Shown in pieces: positions 48,301 to 59,400 of a stretch of 64,000 nucleotides of DNA (within the stretch, counting starts at the first letter, position 1; each line of letters starts with the position of its first letter). The position numbers and the translations under genes are program-made. Location: contig JBHGNT010000001.1 in NCBI GenBank assembly GCA_043228905.1, positions 23,126,001 through 23,190,000 of the forward strand. The letters run 5' to 3'. This DNA is from Azolla caroliniana (lineage: Eukaryota; Plantae; Polypodiophyta). The notes below the pieces were generated by a model. That model saw nothing but the letters and a program-made list of their open reading frames with translations, searched no databases and was not told where the DNA came from.

Positions 48301-49975
48301 CTCACGTAACTTCCTCCATCACCTGTCTCTTTCTTCTAATAATATCTATGATAACTTCATGAAATTCTTTCTTTGCTATACCCAACACTTCTCTTAAAGT
48401 AAATTCCACCTTATTATTTAATATTCTTGTTTCTAGTACCTTTTTTATATCCGTCGTTGTTTCTATGTCTGAAGAAAGCTTGAAAGATGGGCCTATCTTC
48501 CTTTTATTAGAATCAACTTCCTTCGTCTCAGGAGCAGCCTTTTCCATATCCCTTCTCTTTTGTTCTCATGTCTCATGTTTCTTTGCCGGATCAGCCTCCT
48601 TAACTCTCTTTCGCTTTTCTTCCACTAGTACCTCTTGTGCATTCACTTGGGCGAATGCTGATAGTGCATCTACTGGATCATTCCATCCAATGAAGTTCCA
48701 TATTTCATCTCCTGCTCTTTTTAATTCATCCACTCAAACCTTCCTTTTTCTTGCATAATCCATCGCATCTTGCCAAAAGCCAGATCCACCATATGAGTCT
48801 TCTACACGCAACCCTAACGTTGCGACAGATTGTATCACTTGAGTTGTTTCTCTCTCGGCATTGTCCATTAGCTTTTTTTCATTCCACCTCGCCCGAAGTT
48901 GAGTTGAAGTGGTTGTCGAGTCTCTGTCGAGTGAATCTTACCATCTTGATAATAGATTTCATCATGATTAAGAGCATCCCTATGTTCTTGAAAGTCTTTC
49001 TTCTGATGGTCGATACTGTCACACCACATACACCTTCGGACCATTCCACCTCCTTGCCTTGACGAAGTTGAGCTTTGTCCCGATTCTAGCTTCGTCACTT
49101 TGATCGACAAGTCTTTCATGCCTTTCACCAACTCATGCAAGAGTGAATCTTCTATTTTCTTCTCTCCCGAGTTGTTTCCCGTTTCGTCTATCCCTTCCTC
49201 TCTGGCAGCTCCATAAACCATAACTTTCTTTTACAGAAATGGACGCAAACCCTTTTCACCTCCTCCCAGTCTTTGGTAAGTCCACTCGGACTATTCTGAT
49301 CTTCTAGAAGCATTCCCAAGTCCTTCCTGTCTTTAATATTAGCATCTTGTAGAAACAATATTATTTTATCTGGCATTATTATGTTTCTATCCCTAACATT
49401 TAATTGCTCAAATCTTTCTGAAAACTCTTTTAACACTTCCAAAACACATAACTTTCTCTTATCTTTGATCATATTATTTCTCACACTTTCTCTTGATCCC
49501 TTCTTGTTTTCCTTGCCCCTCTTTATATAAGTATTGTCATGCATATGGTAATGTGTGGGAGGATGGCATGCATGACTTTCATGGGATGCATGATCGCCAT
49601 TTGGCGCACATGCATTACATGTGATGCATGATAGCCATCATGCTCATTTGAGCTCTCATGTATGAAAATAGATATAGGATAAGTACAATGATGGAAATAT
49701 ATATTTAAAATAAATAACCTAGCCTAGTGGTGTATACCTTGTGCTTGGTATACAACGTTGAGGGTTCAAGTCTCTGAATTTTACTCAATACAATATTTAG
49801 CTTTATTCTTATATCATGAAGCATATTCTTTATAATACTTCTACAAATAAATAGCCTATCCTAGTGGTATGTATATTGTACTTTGTGTATAAGGGTGTGG
49901 GTTCAAGTCTCTCAAATACTACTAAATACAGTATTTAAGTTCATTTTTATATTGTGAAGCACATTCTTCACGACA
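42391..49975 (-). mobile_element. AT-rich Ty3/Gypsy element G4 (same lineage as G1), decayed, with two LTRs
   Basis: 3' LTR 42391-43013 (TGTCG..CGACA); truncated 5' LTR about 49460-49975 matching it. Gag (CMWCDSIDH), protease 47705-48277 (ALIDHGSKINMM), RT (LRFIQDMQPVN, FLDD), RNaseH and integrase (NPEANGKIERGH) are all homologous to G1. Confidence 0.93.
44393..45672 (+). mobile_element. Solo LTR (about 1.28 kb) inserted in the G4 pol between RNaseH and integrase
   Basis: TGTCATG...CACGACA termini; U5 (CCAGAACCCCGGCGGTTCCGCCTCA) resembles G1/G2 U5. Flanks CTAG/CCGG; removing the insert and 4 bp restores the pol frame (TSITR-EGGMQFLEEE). Confidence 0.75.
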
Positions 49976-51300
49976 GCGTAGGCCTCTAACGGCCTACCGG
50001 CTCACGTGGATCTGGTTCTCCAAACTGGTTTGGCTCTCGGCTTACTCAGCCAATCCGACTAATGTTGAGCTTGCTTCTCAACAATTGTATAGTTTGCCGA
50101 AATTGAAGCTCCTCCTCCTTCTCTAAGCTTTCTATAATGTTGACATTGACATGCTAACACTGTTTTGAGCTCGGTCCATATCAAGGACTCGATCAATTAC
50201 TTGTTCTAACGTATCGGTTTTGAAATCCGAAATGGCCAATGTCGTTCTTAGAGGCTCACATAATGCCTTATGAGAAATGTGTCACAACACAGTGACATCA
50301 AATACATTGTTGGTAAGGATTGAACCTGCAACCTCACATTAACAACATGTCATGCTCAACGATTTTGATATGAGCAAGTATTTGTATATAATAGTTTAGT
50401 ATTGTATAGTCTAATAGAGAGTACATTTCATAATCAGAATATTCTAATTGTTAGTATATTCTATAAATATTGTACAATATATTCTAGACAGGTATATTCT
50501 AGAGATATTTCTTGAGTATATTCTAGACATATTCAATCTCGGAACTTGTATAAATACTTGTGACCTCCTTGGTCCCGTTCAAGGGATCCAACACCAGTCA
50601 TTGACACATCAATCTAGTATTTTAATTTCGTACCATCTTGTCTCCTTGATCTTTATCTTTGTCTTCATGCTCTTGTGTCGTGCCCAGCTTCTTATATTCC
50701 TCGCCTCGTCGCCCCCAACTTCCTGAGTTTCTAGCCTCGTCATTTATAGCTCTACGATTGGTGTGTTCGTGACAAAATGTGTCTTTCATATCTTCTTTTG
50801 GTGGCGGCCGCACCAACTGCTTCCTTAGATTCTGGAATCTAATAATGAATTGTGGAACTATTTCATTTTCCTCCTGATATGCGACATAGAACTAGCTCAT
50901 TAGCTCCCTCTAGGCGATTCGTTGGTGAGACAATCGAACAAATTTTCCATTTAATTACTTAAATAATTTGAATTCGCCAAGGACATTTAGTTTGTTGACT
51001 AGCCTTCTACTGATAATCTAAATTCAGCTATCTCCAACGCCTCTACGTTTGATTGTGATTGTCTCTAAGATACATGGTTCGCCTACCATGCAGTGAGAAA
51101 TGCGCATACATGCGCTTTAACATCGTGCTCATCATTATACTTGGGGTAGGGATACAACATTATGTCGTCTTGTTGTATGCAGATTGAAAAGACACCGTCT
51201 GAAATATCAGATGCCTCGTCATGTGAACTACTTTTGTCGAAAGTTTCCAAGTTTGGAATTAAATCTACTTCAACCTCCTATTTGTAAAGAAATGGAAAGC
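49976..51300 (-). mobile_element. Degraded Gypsy gag of another family, interrupted by an LTR-like fragment (about 50279-50620)
   Basis: Minus strand YPYPKYNDEHDVKAHVCAFLTAW.ANHVS and LCEPLRTTLAISDFK..LEQVIDRVLDMD. Confidence 0.55.
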
Positions 51301-51310
51301 GTAGGTGATA

Positions 51311-51520
51311 TTGTGCAACGGAAGTGAATTCTGTGTGTATGTGTGTGTGTGTGTATGTAAGACAAGTAGAGAGAGAGGGAGAGAGAGCTTAGAACAAGAA
51401 GCTGTATTAGTGAAAAATATAATTAGATCCAACAGTTACTAATTTACAAAAGGTTGGTTTAAATACCAACTAGTCTAGGGCAACTGCCCTTCTTACTATT
51501 AACAAAACTAGCCTAGTATG
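51311..51520 (-). repeat. Copia LTR fragment resembling the C2 LTR
   Basis: TGTGCAACGGAAGT..TGTGTGT is the reverse complement of the motif at about 32680-32706. Confidence 0.45.
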
Positions 51521-51746
51521 TCCATTGGCTAGTGTGAAAGCCATTTGAGGAAGTTGAGTTCGATTCTCAACACTACCGAATGAATTCTGTTTGAGCTTGT
51601 TGATGTTCTATACGTCTCACAAAGGTGTTGTTGTTGTTGCAATCAAACAACATCCATCCTCAAGTGTTCTCTGTTTCTTACAGATCGAACCGGGCATGCC
51701 AAAATTGTGTTATACCTTATCGGTATATAACAATCGACACCGTTTT

Positions 51747-52013
51747 AGTTTGAGCCAAACCAAACTACGAAACCGTGGCTTAACGGTTTTAACGGTTTGG
51801 TTTGGTTTCAACAGTTTGAACCAAACCAAACTACGAAACCGTGGCTTAACGGTTTTAACGGTTTGGTTTGGTTTCAACAGTTTGAACCAAACCAAACTAC
51901 GAAACCGTGGCTTAACGGTTTTAACGGTTTGGTTTGGTTTCAACAGTTTGAACCAAACCAAACTACGAAACCGTGGCTTAACGGTTTTAACGGTTCGGTT
52001 TGGTTTCAACAGT
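51747..52013. repeat. Tandem repeat, 4 x 66 bp, within an AAACC/GGTTT-rich non-autonomous DNA-transposon-like remnant (to about 52365)
   Basis: CTACGAAACCGTGGCTTAACGG at 51765, 51831, 51897, 51963. Further AAACC/GGTTT motifs run to 52360. Confidence 0.9.
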
Positions 52014-53421
52014 TAGAAATCACGGTTTAAATGGTTTAACAGTTTATTTTATTTTTTTAAATTTTAAATTAAATTAAAATTTTTAAACAATCTTTTCGTT
52101 TTCAAGCCTTAATCTCACATTTTAGGAAATCTTTAAAATTTTGAAAAATTAAAAATAAAAATAATGAAATATTTTAAAATCTTAAAATTTTAAAATTTAA
52201 AATTTGAATTTTGACCTAACTTGAAAACTGAAACCAAACCACGAAACCACGGTTTTAATAGTTTGAAATTTTTTTAAACGGTTTTGTGGTTCGGTTCAAG
52301 TTTCAAATTTTTTTACTTGTTCAGTTTTGACAGTCTCAAACCAAACCAAACCAAACCGTTGCCAATTGTTTCTAGTATACCGGGTCAGATACTTAATCAC
52401 ACATACCCTATCAAGGAAGATTGTGGTTGGAGGACCTGATTAATACTTAATCACTCACAATTAGTAAAATAATTTAATTATTGGACTTACTCTACTCTGA
52501 CCGGTTGTATTGAGATAACTCTTTGTTGTTCGATCGGCCATGATCGATCGACTTGCACAGTTAATTGACACAAAACACAGTTAAATGAAAGACATAGTCA
52601 GACAAAGTTCCTCAACCAAAATAACTATATTGACCATAACGTACTTACATACTGATGAGTTTTACAATGCCCTATGCCCTTTTTTATAGGTGGCATGGAA
52701 AGCTTACGTCAAGAAAATACAATATGCCATTCGGCAAGAACAAAAACTCTAACAATTAAAATTACCTAATATTTATACTTGGCATTACTTATTATTGGAT
52801 ACTATCTTCGTTCGACTATACTTGTTTGGTTCCGTGCTTGTCCAACTACTCTTTCGACTACTCTCCCTTCTATATTTCTGACTATCCTTTTCGACTCTAC
52901 CCAACATTTGGCCTTTCGGCCCTTTCACACCTTGGCCCGACTCGACTAGGTAGCAAAGAGTCAGGTTACTCAAGCCAACAGAAGTCATCTCAATCGGGTT
53001 GCAAGTGACAGTTGAAGGGGCGCAAAGCCGGGCTATTGGTGATACAAGTTGTTAGAGTCTGGTTATCAGCAACTCACGTGCTTTTTTAGATAAAGATCTG
53101 ACAATGCACATTGCAAATTACACACGTGCCTCAGAAACGCACCGCGCCCTGCATCGTTCGTGGCCGCGAATCCCTTGGGAGGCCTCATTATGATTCGGTA
53201 GCAGTGACACTGAGCACCAGAGGCACAACTACAAGTACAACCATCCGAAGAGAAATGTATGTATGTACTATGTATGTATGTATGTCCGAGTGTATGTATG
53301 TATGTATGTATATACATACATCTGAAGAAGAGCAAGAGGTCTCGTTCGATCGATCGAGAGAGTTAAAAAATTAAACCTTTGAAAAAGAAAAAATAAGACA
53401 AGAAGCTTCATTCGATCTGCC

Positions 53422-56400
53422 ATGGAAGCTGCAGGAACCTCCCTGCTCGCTCAGAGTTTGCTCGACCGAATCTCTCCCGTCATTTTGCTCCTTCCCACTC
53501 TCTCTGTCGAAGAATCATGCAAGAAGAACAATCTCAACTTTCTGCAGCTTCTTCATCCTTTCTGCAACATCGACCAAATCGATGGTAAGGACACATCATC
53601 GTCAGTCTTTCTCTAAAGATCTAAATTCTTATTATTTGACTTATCTTTTTTTTTGATCTAAGGGGTTTCTTGATAATGTTGTGTGTTCTATCTCAAATAT
53701 AACATTGCACCTATTGAACCTCGTTTGTCTGTGCTGTGTTTCTCTTCATTGTATTTCATTTCATTATGTTACATTAACCTCTTATTTTTCTCCCCTAGTT
53801 CCTGTACGAACTGCTGGTGAGCAACCTTACAGAATTCAAGAATTTCGACTCAGAATGCTTTATGCTTCTGGATTGTGCCAACCAACAGTTGAGGTAGGTT
53901 GTTCCTTAGGAACCCAGTAGATATCTTTGAAGTGTTAAAAAACCTCAATGTAAACGTTTGCTTTCTGTCACTTGATCACTGAAAAATTCAGTTGTTTGCG
54001 TTGTGAAACTTCATCAATGAGAAATTCATTGTGTGTACTCTATCACTTTCTCAAATGAGAGACACAGTTCTTTTTTGTTTTTTATTACATGATCAATGAT
54101 AAATTGCAGTTGCTTGTGTTGTATAACTAAATCAATGAGAAATGCAGTTAATTGTGTTGCACCACCGAATAAAAAGTGCAATTGTTTGTGTTGCGCAATT
54201 GAAGAGAGAAGTGAGAAATTGATTGTATATGAGAAACATGCAATTGTGTAATACCACTGATTATGAAACTCTGTATCTTTGTATATTTGATTGAGAAATG
54301 TAATCATGTTGTCACCACAATTTGTATTACATCATTGAAATCTATCTTTCAACAAGAAATGCAATCTAGTGCTCAACAAGAGATGCAAACCAGCACACTG
54401 TAAGTAGATGCACAATAACAGAGAGAGCCTCAAAGGTATGTAGCTGCCAAATTTCTACTTTCAACATGATACTGGAGGTTTGTATCTACTGGTGAATCAC
54501 TCTATCTACCACTTTATGACATTTAGAGGTTTCAAGCTTTGGAGACATTGTACTAGTTGGAGATTTTAATTCACACATTTGCGGGGGGAAACAATATTCT
54601 ATGATACAGGTGAGGTCATGTATACAGAGATTGTTGCAGACTTCCTGCATTGGAAGGAAGAAACAAATTATTAATTACCAGTGGCCTCTTATGATGGCCA
54701 GGTTAAGATGCAATGCCATGCTAGAAACCCAAAGATGGAGTAAGCACAGTGGATTACTTGATGTGAACCCCATCATTAGTGCGAGAAATCAACGTGCTTA
54801 TCATCTTTGGGAGACCAATTAGTATGGATGCTGATCATGCATATTTAGAGTTCATCGTGGAAGGGGGGGGATGGCCTGTTAATATGGATACTTTGTACAT
54901 GACTAGACACCCCATCTACTGATTTATCTTCAAGATAGATCAGGGATATAGTTCTACTATGTATGAAGGTTTATTCACATTGGATCCCTCTTGCTGAGAG
55001 GAAGACATAACAAAAAGTATTTCAGAAATATTATGTACATTGACTGGCTATGATTTTCCTCACAGAAGGATAAACTCTCATTCCCAATATGGTATAGCCC
55101 CACAAATGGTAGAGTATGTTTTTGAATGTAGATAAGCACAAACATGCCTACAACATGAAATTACAACAAGTTATGCATAAAAATTGTCAAACTCAATATT
55201 TTGATGTCTTATACAAAGAAAGAAAGAAATATTAACGTCTTTTAAGAGGCCAAAATGGCCTATAAGACCAAATAAGAGATTACATCTTGAGTGTTGTCTG
55301 TTCCTCAGATTCCACTCCTTGATGACACAATTGGCAAATTCTCTCTTCTAGAGGTAGTCGTGTATATCTGCGTACCTCAATCTATAGCTGATGTGATGAA
55401 GTTCGCAGCTGCTCTATCACACTACGCAGCGCATAGGATAGATGTATGTCCATATAAGATGGCCTGATGACGAATCCATCCTCCGATGTATGTAAGAAGT
55501 GCGTCTTATAGTGGGCCATCTTTGTACCAAGTGGTATTTTGGGGCTGATCCATGTTATCTTGTTTTCCAAGTTAATAATATCAGTTCGGATCACTCTATT
55601 CTTTTCCACTTTGGTCATATTTAGGTGGGGGCAGTCCAAGCTATATTGGAATGGGGGTAGTGCATTTATACTCATGCCATGTGACTCGAACCATTGCTGC
55701 ATTTCAGCATACCAACAATGAGTGTCTCCATTTTCAGTCAATTGTCTTGATGACATAAGTGCCAACCTTGGGTACCTTCGTTTAGGGAGCTCCCAAAGAC
55801 GTTGGATAAATGTCACTGATCGGAACAATGCCTCAGTTATTATAGGTGCTGCTCCCATCTAAGCCTGGATTATATCGTGGGGCACCGATACTTTGCTCCT
55901 TATCATGCGAGCAATCATTGACACTAAAGGTCTCTCTAAATCTTTCCAATGATTTGCCTTGTTAAGACTTGGTTCCCATGTTTCTAATCCATAGAGAAGA
56001 GTTTGTGTGACAAGTGTATCAAATAACCATAGCTTAGTCAATGGCTCTTGGAACTGCAAATGTGTACATTGTCTCTTGAGAGCACCAAGGGCTGCATATC
56101 CACGAGAAAGTCTGGCACAAGCAGCCTCTTGTAAGGAGAACCTAGGTCCTGTAAATGTTACTCCTAGGTATGTGTAGGAGCGTGTTTTTTTCACCTTTTC
56201 CTCTCCCAAGAAGAATTCTGGTTCTGCTCTTGTTACCCATGCTTGAGTGGTGTTAAACACCATCGCTTTAGTTTTATCCATGTTGATTGACAAACCTTTG
56301 TCCGTACAAAATAGTTTCAAGCCATTTAGATGTCTTTGTAGTCCCTCCGGAGAGTCAGAAATCAGCACAATATCATCAACATACAGTAATATTTGTATAG

Positions 56401-59400
56401 CTATACCTACTAGGCGTGCTCCGAAACCCCCGAATCTCTCTATGTAATGTGATACCTCATCTATATAGAGACCGAAGAGAGTGGGGGATAGTGGGCATCG
56501 TTGCTTCACTCCAATTGTGCTAGCCACCGCCTTTGACAAGCCCTTGGGAGACCGCACTTTTCTTGACACGGATTCATAGAGTGCATAGACTCCCCATTGC
56601 ATATCTATAGGAACACCAAGGGCTTCTAGCCGCTGCATAAGCTGAGCATGTGGCACAATGTCAAAGGCTTTTCGGAAATCCACAAAGCAGCAATAAAACC
56701 TCTTATTGTGGGCTCTGCCCTCCTCATTAAGGTTCCAGAGGGTGATTATGTGATCCAAAGTTGTGAACCCCATTCCGAAAGCCTGCCTGTCCAACTGAAC
56801 GGCAGCCATTCTGCTCTGCCCATATACTCAATTCTGATTCTAGAATCAACCCATATAGTTTAGCCAAGTAATGGCCAATCATGATTGTCCTATAGTTGCT
56901 TGGCATCATGGGGTCTCCACTTTTGAGGATTGGCACAATGGTATGCTGAGTCCATCTAGTAGGGAAACCTTCACACATGGCTCTATTAAAGATTTGTGCT
57001 AGCAATGGGAGCAGGGTGTTGCGGGCATAGATAAAGTGCTCACCCACCAATCCATCATGATCTTGGGCCTTCCCAAATTGTAGCCGATCAATGACATTTC
57101 TTACATTTTGTGGTGTAAATAAGGTTGATTCATGTGGGCGTGAGGCATTTGGGTGACAATCCTTGGGTAAGTTCTTCAAGGGGTGCGAAAGGATCTAAAT
57201 CTAGCATGCCATTGTATACACCACAACTATACACATCAATTGTCTCGCGAGTAAATAGATACTTAGCCAACCCACTCTCCTTAGCATATACATCCTTTGT
57301 GCATCCATCCTTTACCTCGAAGCGTAGATATGCATGATCTGCTGCCAAGCCAATAGGTCTACCCGATATAGTGAACACTTTTATTTCAGGTATAAGCGAT
57401 GGAGATCCCATTAGATAGTCCACTGTGCTTGCACCCCCTTTTGGGTTCCAACATGTCAAAGCATCTGATCCAGGCCATTGTGACAAGCCATTATATATCA
57501 CAAATCCATGCGCACTTCCCAAGGCTAGAAAGTGTTTTCCATATTCAGTTATAGCACTCATATCTTGAGCTTGTCGCTTTAGACCAACCACTTTAGACTC
57601 ATCTCTTCCCACCCTCCACGTCGAGGCAAATGGAATATCTGATGCTCCAATCTTTGTTCCGAGATTCTTGGCATTTTCTTGTGGACTTCCTTTTTCGGCC
57701 CAACCAACCACTCGTACATGCAACACACGAGCTTTCCTCTTGGCTTCTTCTTCTAATGTAGCATTCATCATTGCTGTCCTATCCATGGATGTTCTTTTTT
57801 GCTTTTTCACTACCTCTATCCAAGGAGCATTTGCTTTAATTTCGTTTTGGGCGTGCTTAGCTTGAGCTTTGGCATCTTTGGCTATGTCTGCCCATGTTTG
57901 CATTTCCTTAGTGACATTGGCTTTCATTGTAGAGATGCATCTTTCCACTGCTTCTTGTCCTTTTCCTAAATCCACTTTTATAGCTCCTAATTCAACCTTA
58001 CTTGAGGATATTTCATCCTTAAGGTATTGTGTCATGTCATCCTTGAGCTCTAAGTGTGATTTCTTCACATGGCTTATTATGTCTTTCCGCATCTCTTCTA
58101 ATAACTCAGTCTTGAGAGAGGCATACAACTCTATTTTCTGTTTCTCTATCTCCTTTTTCATTTCCTCTTTTAGTGCTATTTCTATATCCTCTCTAATAAG
58201 ATTGATCTCTTGCGCAATCAAATGGCGTAATAGATCATGTTTCCCATTTTCAACGTCAAATGTAATGTCGAATGGGTCCTGCGTTCTGGGTGTCTTGTGC
58301 ACCCTTCTAAAGCTATTCGGGGTGCTTCCATCCCGTCCTTTTCGTCTATGGTATTTTCTTGGGGTCTTCCATGGATCTGGACCCTCGCCGTGCATGTTAG
58401 GATCCATCTTTTCATTTTCTGTACATTCAAACTCCATGGTGTCTTAGGACAGCAGGTACAGGGTATGAAATGCTGAGGGCAGAGGGCAGAGGGAACATTA
58501 TAGATTCCAGGAATTTCTACTGGGTAGAAAGCACAGAGGAACAGATTTGGTAGAAAATTCAAGGGATCAGATTTGGCAGAAAACGCAGAGGATCAGACAT
58601 TGCAGAAAACGTAGAGGACAGACATTGGCATTGCAGAAAACGTAGAGGACAGACATTGGCATTGCAGAAAACGCAGAGGATTAGACATTGCAGAGAACAC
58701 ACAGGGCAGACATTGCAGAAAATGCAAAGATAGAGACAGAGACAAAGACTAAACCCTAAACGCAGAGAAAGAAAAGAGCATTCATTGGTAAGGTGGAAGC
58801 AGAGATTTATAATCTTTTGAACCAGAGGTTGTATACACACACAAGTAGCTGCATGATATACCAGGACGGACTATTCCAAATCCACATGCCACACAATCAA
58901 TTTGCTCTACATTTTTGGCTCGGATGATGGTAATTAATGTGATTGAAATGCTCAAGAATGGGAAAGCCCAAAACCATTGTGGCTTGGCAAGATTTTTGTG
59001 TATGCTTGTGATACCTTGGTTCCACTTGTTGTGCATATGTTTATTATAAAGCTCTATTTGAGGGATTCTTGACTAGCTGGACTGGACATATTACCATACA
59101 AATCTTTAAGAGTGGGGAGACCGTAATGTGGGGTAACTACAGAACAATCATGGCAAGCCATTGTTTAGCCAAGCTTTATGGTTCAATTCTAGAGTCAGAG
59201 TTGTTAATGGGCAAAAGGAACACGAACATCAGGCATGAGGGCAAGTAGATTTTAGGAGGGGATTCATTACCCTATAGTGTGAAGTGATGCTACAAGCTCT
59301 TTGTAGAGAGGGTAGAGCCTACAAAAGGAGGACATATTGCTGTTTTGTAGACTTCGGAATGGCTTTGACACAGTGCCACAAACTAATATCATGCAACAAT

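Noticed and set aside
51591-52030. ORFs encoding 22-aa repeat proteins
   Set aside because: By-product of the stop-free 66-bp tandem repeat on both strands.
53066-53335. Divergent gene or MCD1 first exon (ORF ending at a GTGAGT donor)
   Set aside because: No recognisable homology, partly microsatellite, and a better MCD1 first-exon candidate exists at 31415-31648.
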